Source of the DNA: Ramazzottius varieornatus
Lineage: Eukaryota; Animalia; Tardigrada
Assembly: GCA_001949185.1 (NCBI GenBank)
Contig: BDGG01000004.1
Span: 4,559,777 to 4,623,776 of the forward strand
Length of the DNA stretch: 64,000 nt
Direction: 5' to 3'
Part shown: positions 40,401 through 52,837 of the stretch, piece by piece
Layout: each line of letters starts with the position of its first letter
How positions within the stretch are numbered: position 1 is the stretch's first letter
Program-made: the position numbers and the translations under genes
Notes under the pieces: generated by a model
The model's input: the letters and a program-made list of their open reading frames with translations, nothing else
What the model was told of the DNA's origin: nothing
The model's database searches: none

Positions 40401-43400
40401 TGGACGCTTGTGGCGCGTTATCGCCAAGTTAACGGATATCTTGCAGCCCTAGACCAAACGACCTGCGTTAGAATTCTTGATCGACTACTGCAGACTTTGT
40501 GACTGGATTAGTACCTCTCCACGTGCATCGAAAACGGCGACGACGAACTCGAACTGACTGGATGCCGCTGATGTACCAAGGGCGGGTATCGGCTGTCCCA
40601 GTGTTATTTCTCCGCTAAAAAGTAATCCTCATTAGAGCACATGATTAGAGCCTCAACAGAGGGCGCTGCAGCGCAGAAATCAAACTTACGTTTTAGGATC
40701 GACGACGACACTTAGGGGTGAGGTGATGGGAGCAACTAATCGGTAGAACAGAGACCCTGGACTGTCCTGGGTGGTTGAGATGGTACTGGGTATCTGGCCG
40801 ATGACACTTCCAACCACGGCGTCTTCCGCAACTTGGATGGTCACGCTGGTTGGGCAGTTGAAGGGTCTGCACGAGACCTCAACAGTGACCGGTACCTGCC
40901 TTCTTGTGAACCCCGATCCGGGCGTGCTCAGGCCGGCCAGAAAGCTGTAGACTTGTGTACCTCCTTCTACCAGTTGGTACCGGGCGCGAATTTCTCCTGT
41001 GGTCGGACTGACCTCAAACATCCTAGCGTGACATTCAACTGCACTTTCAATAACAGTCTGTCTGGAATATATGAACTGGGAGCTTCACGGACGAGCTCGA
41101 CAAGGTTTCCTCAAGTGGCGCATGCTTTTATTGTTTGAGGCCGGAAGCGTGCATCACTTGGCAAACGATGTGGCCGAGTGTGTTTGCCGAGTTTGTTCGT
41201 CGAGCTCCCATTTTTACTTTGACCTACGCTGCTTGTGGTCCAGAAATGTCGAAGAAGGCGCGTGGATGGTTGCTTTGCGCCTGGAAAATCCCGATCAAGG
41301 TGGAAGGTCCCACGCACCCGACTATGAAATGGTACGACTGATTAGCAAACTCCAAAGCGGCTGGTGGGACCGCAGAGGAAAGAGTGAAGTTGACGGTGAC
41401 AAAGACGCTGATGTCACAGAAAGTTTCTCGTCTTCGTTCCGAAGCAGGTTGGGTCGCTCGGACAACAAAGTTGGCGGTGCGGCTAGCCGATGGTGCAGGT
41501 GAGGACTGGAGGGCTGCCATAGTTTGACGACTGGATATAATACCACTGGAAATATACGGTAACAGTGTCTACACTCATGTGTGGGAAGGATTGTTTATCG
41601 TGGAACGAACGGTTACTGTACGTTTGGGGCTGGACGGCAAAGACCTGGTCAGCACCGTTGGTCACTATCCGGTATGCCAAATTGCGACCACGAGCACTGA
41701 TCCGGCCAATGATGGTTCCCGGTGGAATTCTTTCATCGGCTTCGAATGAGTAGTTTGGGGGAAGACAACGAAGCGCCTGCTCGCAATTGTTGTTCACCGT
41801 GACTAACGTCTGGGAGAAGGCGTTTCCTCCGTCTCGAGCCACTGCAGTAATCAAGTACCGCGGAAGTGTCAGTGCGGAGGAGGTCCGAAGTGCTCCATTT
41901 TGAGCAATCCAAAACAAGCTACAACGAAAAAACTGGATTACCGGTTCGAATGGCCGTCGTTCTGTTAACGGAAGCTCGGCGGAAAACTGGCAAAATTATT
42001 CTCCTGAGTGACGCACATTCTCAGTGTTATCAACCACAACTGTGCGCCACTTGAAAAGCGATCTAGTCGACCTTGCTCACACAAGTTGAACAATACCTTG
42101 CATCTGGTCCAGACAACGAATAGTTAATCTCTCCATAAACACCTTCGTCCGCATCGCGGGCCTACAGTCACAATACACACTAGCCATCCGGGCAACTCTT
42201 CCCTTGGTTTGGAAGCTAGAAAACTTACGACTGCATAGCCAATGATATCAATAGGCCCCACGCATTCTACGTCGAAGACGAGGGAACCATTCACGAAGAA
42301 CGGCGGTCGGTTAGGGTAGGGAAGAGTGGGAGCTAAAATTGTGGAGGGTGCTGCACCATATCCGGGTAGTACCGCAGGCAGCGCTGCTTGGCAGCGAATA
42401 GATATGGTCACATTAACCACTGCGCTCAGTCCGCCACCATCCGTTACCATCACCGGGAACCTCATGGGAGCTTGCCACCGGGAGACCGGCGTGTTCAACG
42501 TGATCAAGCCAGTTGTCGGGTTGACCGCCACATTCCTGCAAAAACATGAACGGGAAGCGTTGTTAGTTTGATTATTCACAAATCATAACAAATGGGAGCT
42601 CGGCAATAAATCTGGATAATATTGCTGTTCTAAGTGGCGCACACTTCCAGCCAACAACACTGAGAGTGTGCGCCATTCAAGACAACCGTCTTCTCGAAAT
42701 TGTTGGCCAGGTTCCCAAATATCCCAGCTGACCGTGCCGACAAGTAGAGTACTGAAACGTTTTACAATGGGCAATCACATCCCAAACTTTGTTGGTACGC
42801 AAATCTTTGATGTAAGTTAACCTGTCGTTGACGGTGTAAATGAGCTGGCCCAGTAGCCCAACGTTGGGGTCTTTGGCTGCGACGGACCCCACCGGAATGG
42901 CGCGCTGATCACATATGCTAACAATGAACTCGTAGAAAGGAGCGGTGAATTGCGGTGAGACATTGTTGGACCTGGCTGTTGTTTGCGGCACCGGTGGTCC
43001 ATATTGTCGAGAAGGCACCGGTGCGTTGCACAGGACATCAACGGTGATCTCCAGGGTAGTCTGCAGCTGCACTTCCATGCCTTGGTCTCGGGCCGTGACG
43101 TGCATCGTGTAGTGGTCAGGTTCTGCGGGCAATGCCATGGAAGTGGCCAACGTCCCGGAAATTGGATCAATGTAGAAGCGGCTGATAAAGAACAGAGCGA
43201 CGTGTCATTCTTTTGTTCGTATTGTACGGAATGGAAGGAACCAAACGTACCCTGGTGTGGAGTGGTCCTGATCCAGGTAGAAGTAAACTTGACCGTTCCT
43301 TCCTACATCGTCATCCGTGGCATGAATGGTGCCAATGATTGCGTTGGGTACGTTGCAGGGCACGGTGAAGCGGGTGTCTTGATACCCAACTTTCGGAGCA

Positions 43401-44557
43401 TTATCGTTCACGTCAACGACCTCCACATAAACAGAAGACAGAACCTCCTACAGAAAAACCGAGCCGCACGACTTACTGTATATCCGTAGCACAAAGCGTG
43501 ATAAGTCTGTCAAACGTATAAATCACTAACATTCCCGGTATGGTCCACAGTCCGTATGGTCAGATTATAAGCGCCCATCATTTCCCGATCAAGTGGCGCG
43601 GCTACCGCTATCCGACCGCTGTGTAAACGAGAAACTTGAGGATCGCACGAGAAACAGGAAGTAAGTCGAAAGATCCATCTTACCTGGGGTCGATCTGAAA
43701 CTGTCGACGTTCATCCCCTCGAACAATACTATAGGGCGACAACGGACCCCGGACATCATTCCTCTAGAGGAAAGAAAAAATTACGGTTTATACCTAGACT
43801 TACAACATACGAAACCTCAATGAGTCCTCACCCTAACGATGGACACCGGAGTGCCAATGGGCGCATCTTCTCTGACTTGCGCTCTGAAGGAAGAAGGATT
43901 GATTACTGATGAGGAAGAAAGAGCGGGTGATGGTAGGCGAAACCACGGCTGCTCAGGGTTCCCAGTCGGCGCAACCTGAACACGACTATAATGCACACTT
44001 GCGTCCGCGCCAGCATGCGAAATGAAAAACTCAGGCTCCCTTGCGGCCCAGTTTGAACTGGTAGACGGATAGATGGGTAAGTATTCCGATGCGGAAGCAT
44101 CGTTTTCCATTTCATGCCAGGCAGGTCTCGGAATTGCTGGGGTGACTGGAGTGCCACTTATGGGAAAATGAGCGATGGGTGGAGTTCGTGGGGTGGCTAG
44201 TACGTGAGCCGGCAGTCGCACTATAGGTATCGGAATGAAGGACCGATCGGGAATGAGCGAATCGAAGTGTCTAGGGGATTCTGTGGTGGTGCCCAAAGGC
44301 TGGTCGTCTCGGGGATCCATCTCATGGAGGAAGGACCGCACGTCCGCTTCCGAAAGATCAGGTTGAATTCCGGTCTTGTTACTCTTGTCCAAAGCTTGAA
44401 GACTATCGAGCGTCAAGTTCCATGTCAGGAACTCTGGCTTCGCGGTTCTACTCCCGTCAGCCGCCAAAACCTCCTGTTTAGTGGTTTCGGTGAAAGAAGG
44501 GGAAGTTGTTGTCGAGTACTCCAAACCGAATATTGACAAAATTGTCGTATTTTGAAC
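31465..44557 (-). CDS. Large cadherin-repeat protein (about 24 EC repeats) with no TM or cytoplasmic domain found; 5' exons (possibly to ~45.8 kb) unresolved
   Basis: Many GT-AG exons with cadherin motifs (VREDAPIGT, LDRE, VVDVNDNAP, ATDDDVGRNG, LDRERTRSYRLTV, IDNNDN, DVNDENPRF); last exon 31539-31465 ITVIAVDGGNPPRTGTTTIFLAVI*. Confidence 0.88.
32727..32849. repeat. Palindromic family copy (cadherin intron)
   Basis: CCCAGGTGGCGCGC-N25-GTGCGCCAAGTG. Confidence 0.8.
33501..33876. mobile_element. 376-bp TIR element in a cadherin intron whose ends match the outer arms of the ~120-bp palindromic family
   Basis: CGACGTCGGCAAATGATTTGAGCAGAATAT (33501-33530) vs ATATTCTGCCAAAATCATTTGCCGACGTCG (33847-33876), 28/30 complementary. 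Confidence 0.75.
35437..35558. repeat. Palindromic family copy (cadherin intron)
   Basis: TTCCAAGTGGCGCGC-N25-GTGCGCCGCGTG..CGTTTGCCGAGCCC. Confidence 0.85.
36913..37028. repeat. Palindromic family copy (cadherin intron)
   Basis: TAAGTTGCGCGC-N26-GTGCGCCACTCG..TTCGTTTGCC. Confidence 0.8.
37554..37655. repeat. Palindromic family copy (cadherin intron)
   Basis: ATCGTTTTCCCATGTGGCGCAC-N25-GTGCGCCACAT. Confidence 0.8.
39103..39269. repeat. Composite (one-and-a-half) palindromic family copy (cadherin intron)
   Basis: GTGCGCCACTTGGGAAA (39145-39161) followed by a full unit CCAAGTGGCGCAC-N25-GTGATCCACTTT. Confidence 0.8.
41078..41209. repeat. Palindromic family copy (cadherin intron)
   Basis: GGGAGCT..CAAGTGGCGCAT-N25-GTGCATCACTTG..GAGCTCCC. 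Confidence 0.85.
41970..42075. repeat. Palindromic family copy (cadherin intron)
   Basis: GAGTGACGCAC-N25-GTGCGCCACTTG. Confidence 0.8.
42594..42716. repeat. Palindromic family copy (cadherin intron)
   Basis: GGGAGCTCGGCAA..TAAGTGGCGCAC-N25-GTGCGCCATTC..GCCAGGTTCCC. Confidence 0.85.
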
Positions 44558-44724
44558 CTGTCAGAAAACATTCAGTCCACGGGGTTTCCGGTTGGCCGAG
44601 CTGCTGTTTTGAACTGAGCTTAACTTGTGTCAGAGAAAATCCTTTGTTCTGAATGTATTCATGCTATTTTCGAACTGGCAGTCGTTTTGACTAGAAATTA
44701 ATGGGAAATGCATCAAGATGATAC

Positions 44725-44847
44725 GGGACGTCGACGACTGAATTTTCCAGATCGTTTTCGCAAGTAGCGCAAGCGCTCCGCCAATAATAAACGGAAACGA
44801 GCGCCATTTAAGGGAACGATCTGGGTAGATTCGTTTGCCGACGTCCC
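44725..44847. repeat. Palindromic family copy (cadherin 5' region)
   Basis: GGGACGTCG..CCAGATCGTT..CAAGTAGCGCAA-N26-GAGCGCCATTT..AACGATCTGG..CGACGTCCC. Confidence 0.85.
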
Positions 44848-45300
44848 ATATCCTGAACGCCGGACGGTGGCGTTGGTGACGCTAACACAGTGATCAACAA
44901 TGCTAGGATTAGATCAAAGTTCAGGGTTAATGCTAAGTCAATCACGCAATAGTTGCATTAATCCTGATACAGATTAAAACCTGGATGTGTGCGAGTAACA
45001 GTAAGCTGTCTACAATTGCTATCGGTAGAGTTCAGGGTCTGTCGGTCAACCCTAATCCCTGTTTGTAAGTTCAAAACAGTTATACCCTATCGTGTTGAAC
45101 TTACATGAAGTTCGGTGCGAGACATGATCGGTACTACAATCTTCAGCAGAAGGAAAAAGCGGAATAAAATCCAGAAACTTCTTCGGCGTTTCATCTTGCC
45201 CCTTCCCGATGGACGAAGTATGTCCATATATCTCTCTGAAACGACAAGCAAATTCGATCGAACTCTGACCGTCTGAACACAATCGAGACCAGTATAGGCA

Positions 45301-45392
45301 GGCAAATACGACACAGGTGATTTCCCAAGCGGCGCACATTTTCAGCCAATAACAATGAAAGTGTGTGGCACATGAGAAAACAGTTTTGACCG
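45301..45392. repeat. Palindromic family copy (cadherin 5' region)
   Basis: TTTCCCAAGCGGCGCAC-N25-GTGTGGCACATG. Confidence 0.7.
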
Positions 45393-47764
45393 TTGACTAT
45401 AGTCACTCACCTGGAAAGAGTGCCAGAAATCCATGTCTGAATTCACATCACTTCCATGCGCGACAGTTCTAAACGGCAGAGTAGCTCCATGAGTCCAGTC
45501 TAGGAAGATGAAAGGATCAGTGAACACTATTGCTATCAGGATTCTTCATAAACGATCCGGGAAGCTGTAGAGCAGAATCAAGCTAAGCTAGGAAAAACCC
45601 GCGAAAGCGGACTTTGCAACTTTGTGGGTGAGTTGCTTACTGTTGGCGCTTCAGCAGGTCTTTGGTTAATTGACTCAAGAGCGTGTTGATGAGCAAACAA
45701 ATAGCCGTTGGAGTACCAACATCCCGCAACAAGTCTCCAGACGGACAATGGAGAAAGTAGCGTTGTGAGCTATTGACTTTAAAACGTGATGCAGTACAAC
45801 TGTCCCAACATACAGAGCAGACACTGTACTGGACCGGTCAGTCCACTCGATCTAATCATCAACCGTACATTTATCCAGCATCGTCTTGACTTTGGAAAAT
45901 GAGGAACTGCAACCGAGGTTCACAAGAGACACAGTGCCAATCGACTACAGTGGTCAACAAACAAGCGGCCACTGGTTCCCGGTTGGTACGTCTCGAACCA
46001 TCCAAGCCGCCACAAGCTGCCAATTCCATTCAGACAGCAGCTTCCCACGAACCAGATTGACGGAAGTGCTTGGAGGTAAAACAATCATTAAGCGGGTCGG
46101 TTATTCCTGTAGCAATACGGTTATAATTGGGCTTTAAGAATCGGATCACGCCCTCTCACAGTTACAATGAACATAATTATTTTCGATAGTGGAAAAGATA
46201 GTGGGAAAAATCTTGAGAAATTGACCAACAACGACAGCTTTCGTCTCGAGGAAAACAACAACCAGAGGTTGCCGTGCACAGCCGCGTTTTGCATTTGACA
46301 ACGCGAAACGTTGTCCACGCCGACCAGACGCAAATCAGATCTATTTTAATCGTAATTAATTCGTATTTTGAAAGGTTTATCATGGCACTTACAGAGCAAC
46401 TTATCTGTCAAATACAATGCACCAAGCACTTGATAGTGTTACCTACGAAAGACCGTAGATCCCAGCCGCCGACGCCCAAGTCTGCATTCCATCCACCGTA
46501 TAAGTACTGTACGTACCCTACCGCGCCCACACGGTAACATATTATGGTTGGTCCAGAACCCTGCGTCAAAATGAGCCAGTTAATTAAAAAATGATTCTGT
46601 ACATTTCGCCATATTTCAGCAAAATGGTGTAGTTTTTGTTATGTCTGATGGAGTGCCTAAGGCTGGAACCCACGCACTCTCGCGCAGTGAAGCGCCATCT
46701 ACGTCATCCTCCCAAGGGTGTCCGCCTGTGACGTCACTGCGGAACAGTTAACAAAAGAACTTCCTTTGGCGTTTAGGTGTTAAAAGTTCAAGTTATACTG
46801 CTTAGGTTCGATTCGTGGTTTGGAAGTATCGCGGAAAGTCTGTTATAGTTTCACCCGCAGTTCGTGGTGATGATTGGCGCCGGCCGCAGATACTGTTTCT
46901 TACGGTCGCTGCAAATTTTTTATGCTATCTTCGGCTTGGCAGATTCTGCGAGACCGCAAGCGGTAAAGCTGCCCATCAAAGCCGCGCACGTAGACCGGAG
47001 CGAGATGTACTAAGTTGAAGAACTAGGACACTAGCATCTTTTACATGTGCCTAATGCCCACCGGAAGCAAGTACATCTCGTTGAACATATTTTGCAATTC
47101 CGCATGTGTGGGATCACAGCACACGTCGGCAGCTCTTCCTGCCTAGTACTCAATAGCACGCCTAGTGCCATGATTCCATACCATTTAACGCTACATACAG
47201 AGATCAGCTCCATAGGTCCCATCTTCCCCTTCGTACAGCGTACGGTGCGGTGGCCGTTTACTGTAGTTCGTCCTAGTCAACTTTCCCTACACATCCTCAG
47301 TTATGCAGTGGAACTTTGAGTGCTCAGTTAGGCAGGCTATTTACATCGCCGACGCTTTATTGTTAGCAAGCAGATCACTCACCCAGTTCAGCCACGGAGA
47401 TTAGACTTGCAATTTGACAATCCTCACCGGCAAGTCGTAGCCTAACGTCGTACGCGCTATTTATAGCCGGAAGTTCCTGCATCTTTCATCCACCGCCAGC
47501 GGTTCTGTGCTGCCCCTCCTTTCTTTGGCTGTCTGTTTTGAGTCTCCGCATTCCAAAACATTCCTAAGCCTGCTCGTTTCAACAAAGAGTTTGTTCATGG
47601 AATTTTTTGAGCCAAAGACTCCTTCATAGCTAGCACGTGCCCCAACATCCCGTCGTGCCCCGGATACCAGACAGGTTTGTGCATATCCAATTTTTGTCTG
47701 ATGATCACGAAGCGGAACCTCATTCATTTTCTGGTTCAAAAAAATCCTTCATCATCAAACGCAA

Positions 47765-47881
47765 GGCCGGCAAACGAATCGCACAAGATCGCTGTATCAA
47801 GTGGCGCACGCTTTCAGCCAATAACGTCGAGAAGTGCGCCACTCAAAATGACGAGCTTGTGTATACTTCGCTTGCCGGCCT
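47765..47881. repeat. Palindromic family copy (upstream of G-gamma ATG, probable 5'UTR intron)
   Basis: GGCCGGCAAACGAA..CACAAG..CAAGTGGCGCAC-N24-GTGCGCCACTC..CTTGTG..TTCGCTTGCCGGCC. Confidence 0.88.
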
Positions 47882-48026
47882 GCCGAATGAAGCCACAAAG
47901 TCTTTATACTGGTTCGCGATTGCCTGCAGGTTGAATTGTTTTTCCGATTGTTCCGGAACTGAAAGCTGACAACGTCTGCGCATCATCTCACTCCCTGAGG
48001 ACCAAGTATTGAAGACCTAGCTCACC

Positions 48027-49048
48027 ATGTCACAAGCTCAAGCCATGCGGAGCCAAATCAAGCAATTAAAGCAGGAAGCCAGTGTCCAACGAGTTCCCGT
48101 CTCAAAAGCCTGTCACGAGTAAGTGTTGACGAGCAGCTACTGGCAAGCGGGGTCTACACTAGGCCCAGTAAACCATACAACTACCAGGAGTTAATTGGGG
48201 ACGTGAGAATGCTCATTCTCGGAAACACGACAGCCAGGCCGGCAGCTAGCTGTCACGTCGGCCTCGCTACGCGCTATCCTTCGTAAGACATTTCGGCAAA
48301 ATTTATGTCCTGAGTCTTCACTAGTCGCGCGCGTAAACATCCCACAGGCCCATGAGTCGACCTGAAGAAAGCTCAAGATCTCATGACGCATGACATCTCA
48401 CTCTCAGCGAGGCATACACCCACACAGGCATAAGCATCTACAGTTGCTCGTAGAGCCATATGGGTACTTGAGCCTATTCCTTCGTAAAAAAACATGAGGC
48501 TCTTGAAAGTCTAGCCTACTTTAATTCCGCAAACCTTCCTCATTAGACTACCGGACAAATGGACAAGACGACACAGGTTAAGTGGGATCGATATTACGTT
48601 TGATAGTTAAAAATGCTCTTAAACTTTGCTTAAATCAGCTAGCAAATGATGGGACACATGTGTATTCCATCCACGTAAGCTGGTAACTACTTGGGTTAAT
48701 CAATCGTCAGTTTTGCCAAAGCTAATGACGCTGAAGGACGTAACAACGCGGAAAATTGGTAACAGCGCATCAAAGTTATTGGTTCATCCCCTATTGCTTT
48801 CAAAGAACTCGGCTACGTCCTCATCAGCCATTAATATTTTCTTGATGACTGTAAACAAGCCATCTAAAGTTTTGCTTGACACGTCATTCCTTACGCTTGT
48901 TTCCCAAAGTCGTTCACATTTACCATTTTCTCCCCCTTCTAGCCTGATGGAATACTGCAATCAACATCAAGCCACGGATGGCTTAGTGACCGGCATCCCC
49001 CAGTCGGAGAACCCTTTCAAAGAAACCAAAGGATGCACACTGCTCTGA
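48027..49048 (+). CDS. Heterotrimeric G-protein gamma subunit, 65 aa, 2 exons
   Basis: 48027-48118 MSQAQAMRSQIKQLKQEASVQRVPVSKACHD plus 48943-49048 LMEYCNQHQATDGLVTGIPQSENPFKETKGCTLL; NPF motif and CaaX box. Confidence 0.93.
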
Positions 49049-49822
49049 CGGAAACCCAGAAGAATCAAGCCCAAGATGGACAAGTGAAACTGAATACGAA
49101 AATCTCATCTACGGTTGTTCTTGGTTAAGGACCGAAGTTCTTTTGTGTTGTCTCAGTCATGTAAAGGCTAATTTTTGCCCACAGCAGCTGATACCCATCT
49201 AATGGATCGGTTTTGGTGTAATTGCGGAAACACTGATGGGCGTGGAAGAAATGGGTGAATTATCTGTTGAGAGCTTTTAATGATGTCGAGTGCATTTCCT
49301 GATGGTTGTACAGTTAAACTGCATATCTTGTCGCAGATTTGACAGCTAGCCTCAAAATACTTTTGATGTATGATACTTTCACGCTGGCAACTCAGAACCC
49401 AAACGAAAGAAAGCTCGGCTTTCGATTTGTGGACATCAAAAGCAAAGCACTTGAAATATGTACACAAGACTGAATTTCCATGGTGATGCATGTATGCAAA
49501 GCGCCAGTCGGTGTCCATTACACAGGATGAATACCGACAAGCCATCAAAAGCATCAAACACCAACTATATAGCCGGAACCATCTAAACATTGCCCCCTAG
49601 AAGCTGAATATCCATAAATACCTTTTCATTGCATGCTGATGGAACATTATACCGTTCACTCTTGACATCTCCCAACTTTCCACAATGGGGCTTTCCTTCA
49701 CGATTCCACCGTCTTTGTCCGTTTGGCTCCATTACTGCAAATACACAAAGCCCCACATGCAAAACTTTCGCTATAAGCGACGTCTCCACTTCGTCTTACT
49801 CCGTGATTTTCCAGCTCTAGTT

Positions 49823-49934
49823 GGGAGCTGGGCATCCCGGTCGTTTTACCACGTGGCGCACGCTTACAGCCGAAAAAACGAGAACGTGCGCCCCTTGATA
49901 TGACGAAATGGTTCACATCATCTACCGAACTTCC
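49823..49934. repeat. Palindromic family copy (between G-gamma and IK 3' ends)
   Basis: CACGTGGCGCAC-N24-GTGCGCCCCTTG. Confidence 0.8.
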
Positions 49935-50022
49935 ACTTTGTGGGCAAGTTAATTCGATCAATGCGGCAGAAAAACGAGCTTATTTCCCATCTACGGAGTA
50001 TCGTTTTTCCAAGTAAAGTGCC

Positions 50023-52837
50023 TCAGTTACTATAATAGTAAGTGTGGAGAGTGTAATTTCGGGGTCTCCGACTGAAGAGCCATCTAAAAGAACGAATACA
50101 TAAATGAGAAATTTACCCGTCATCGGGTCCATCCTTCCGTTTCTGGATGAGGGCGCTGATTTTGGTCCATTCATTGTTGAGCTTGGACTTGTCACCTTTG
50201 GCACTGCTGCCGCCCTTCTTTTTCCTGCCATCCGTCATCTTGACGCCGTATTGGAAAGCGGCCCTACATAGACAAGATACGACCATGCAGCACAGGCAGG
50301 ATGCAATTAGGTTTGATTGCCTGCTGGGAATACGGCCCGGCATTATACGTACTTTGGCAAGGCTTCCCGTTGGCTCATGTAATTACTGAAGTCTTCTTCG
50401 GTGTCAAACTTTTTGCGGCTGATGGCGCTCTTGTTATTCCCCTGCCAAATCACACAAACGAGTGTCAGCCCATCTCCGACACTCGGTGTTACTCGCCTTA
50501 CCATATCCATTTTCGTCAGGTCATCTTCCTCGTCACTGTCGACAGCCGCGTCCATCGCTTCGTCGAAACTGCAGGGAAGAAGCCTGTTGTGAAGGTATTT
50601 ACCTCACATGAAAAAAGAGCCTTGTACGTACCCGGGATAACACTCGGCATAACTATCGGGTCCGCTTTCTACCCGTAGCCGGTTAGCGTCTTCTTTACCG
50701 CCCTTGGCTTTGGTGATGGATGTCTCACCTTGGTCGACAGCTTCTTTCAACTCCAGCTTCTTCGCCTAAAGAGCACATGGCATACCAACGGCACCGTTTA
50801 CACATATCCTTTAAATAGTCTGTGATCATCTTTACCGCGCCGACAACATTCTGGATATATTCACGGTCTTTTTGCTGTTTGGCCTCAGCCGACTCTTTTG
50901 CCTGTTAAGGAAATTCAGATCCATTAACGGAAAGCTCCGCAGGAGGAACGGGTAACGACGTAAGACCATCAGATCCTACGTACCGGTGCACCTTCGGGTT
51001 TCTTGAAGTACGGCACGGACTTTGCAGCCGCTTTTTCGGCAAAGAGTCGTGCCACTGTTGGCTTGTACTCCGCATCTGCCGCATCGTCGAATATACTATG
51101 GAAATAAAATACCACGTTTGCGAGAAACCAACAAGCACGCCAATGAAGTTTGCGTCTTACTTTTCGGTAGCAGCTTTCTTTAAAGCAGCAGAATCCTTAG
51201 CAGCAGCTGCTCGTACATCAGCGAATTCTTCACGATACAGAAATAAGTATCAAGAACTAACAAGGACAAGGATACAAGCGAGACAGGTGGATGCTGATTC
51301 AGAACCTTACCGTTCCGTTTATCTTTACGAGTTTGTCGTTTGTCTTTGCGCACACCGGTTCGCATCTGAGTTAGGATATTTGTCAGCTTCTCAATGACAA
51401 TCTCATGGTCAGCATTCTGTGGCTGGTTGTCGTCCTGGCGTAACTCGGCTTTGCTCCGAAGGATGGTGGTCGGTGTTTCCCAGTTACCCATCTCGTCATC
51501 CAGATCCCACAGGAAAGCCATTCGACCAGGGCGGAAAAACTGGTTCTTCTGCGGTACTTCGCGCTTGAAGAGGATGTTGTATATATTCTTGGCCATCCTC
51601 GTCTTGAACTCGGGATCTTTGTCGGCCTCTACCACTTTCGGACCTTCCTTCCTACAAAAAGATGACTGCTGCTTTAACCAGCGTGCGGCTTTCAACGAGT
51701 GAACCAACCTCGATAGATCAATCGAACAAATACTCACTTTGCCAACAGATCTTTGCCTGATTTGTCCTTCTTGGATCGACTAGTTTCTTTTTCGTCTGCC
51801 TGGGGTGGAGGGACGTCATCGTCGTCAGTAGAGGAAATTTCCGTCCTCACCTGAAGAAATTAGCGACCGTAAGAACCGTCGTCAAAGCAAGCAGTCGTAA
51901 GGGTGAATACACAAAATGAATGTTCTACCTTTTGTAAGAGAGCGTAATCAAGACCCTTGACTAGATGTGTGTGCTCAATGTCACCGCCCAGGTACTTTGA
52001 TTCTTCGATTATCTTCCTTCGTCTTTCAGCTGCATCCAGTCCACTAAGAAAGAGTACCAAGTGTCAATGGGGAACATGATAAAATGAGGTCGTCGTGCGA
52101 AGACTAAACTCACGACTGAAAGTCAGGAGCGACCGCCTTGTAACCCGCCGTAGCGGCCAGCATGATGAGGTCGTCATGTTCCTTGTTTGTATGTTCCCGT
52201 CGTTCTTTCGCCTGAAAACAATGTACTGTAGCAACAAGATTGCTCTTTGGATTCAGCTAGCAGTCAGCATGAAAGAAAGTTGGTGACCAACCCGATCGCG
52301 GTAGTTTGCATCAAGCTTGGCGGCTTCTTCTCCATCCTCGAATTTTGGAGGCGCGGGTCTGAAAATACAAGCAATTTGAACTCCCATTTTCGACGAAAGC
52401 CCTTTCGTTCGCAACAGATCAGGGATACATACACTTTTTTCTTTTGCGGCCGATATTTCGCTTTCTTATCATTTCGGTTAGGCCTAAGAAAACAGAAACA
52501 AGAATGAAGAATCGCTGTGAGGTGATTACTGGCGGAAACGACAAAAACACGACACCCAGGTGAAGCAGCGTGTGACGTATAAGAACACGTCGCGGTGTGA
52601 TGATCGGATAATGCTTCAGCCGTCGTACGCAATGACGACAGAGAGAATAACCACAACTTACGTAGCAGCCGCAGATGGAGTTCCAAGTGTCGCTGGTTTA
52701 TCGCCGGACCTTGGAGTCATCAGGATCTTACGGAAGTCATCATTGCTCATCCGCACAGATCTATAAAGAGCAAAGCTTTCATAAACAAACAGCCGAAGAA
52801 CCTACCGTAACGGAGTATCTTACTCGGAACCAGCCAT
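50023..52837 (-). CDS. IK: Protein RED / IK (spliceosomal B-complex protein), multi-exon; stop either 50113 or 50023
   Basis: MSNDDFRKILMTPR, IEESKYLGGDIEHTHLVKGLDYALLQKV, FRPGRMAF..DL, SYAECYPG, FDTEEDFSNYMSQREALPK, AAFQYGVKMTDGRK, LNNEWTKISALIQKRK. Confidence 0.92.

Noticed and set aside
43582-43600. CAAGTGGCGCG core-like match
   Set aside because: Lies in a cadherin exon (AAPLDRE codons) with no partner arm.
45052-45860. Candidate 5' exons of the cadherin
   Set aside because: Splice-like sites are present, but I could not build an in-frame path with a signal peptide.
21433-49048. RGS7 (GGL domain) and a G-gamma gene in the same window
   Set aside because: They are 22 kb apart with unrelated genes between; no evidence of functional clustering.
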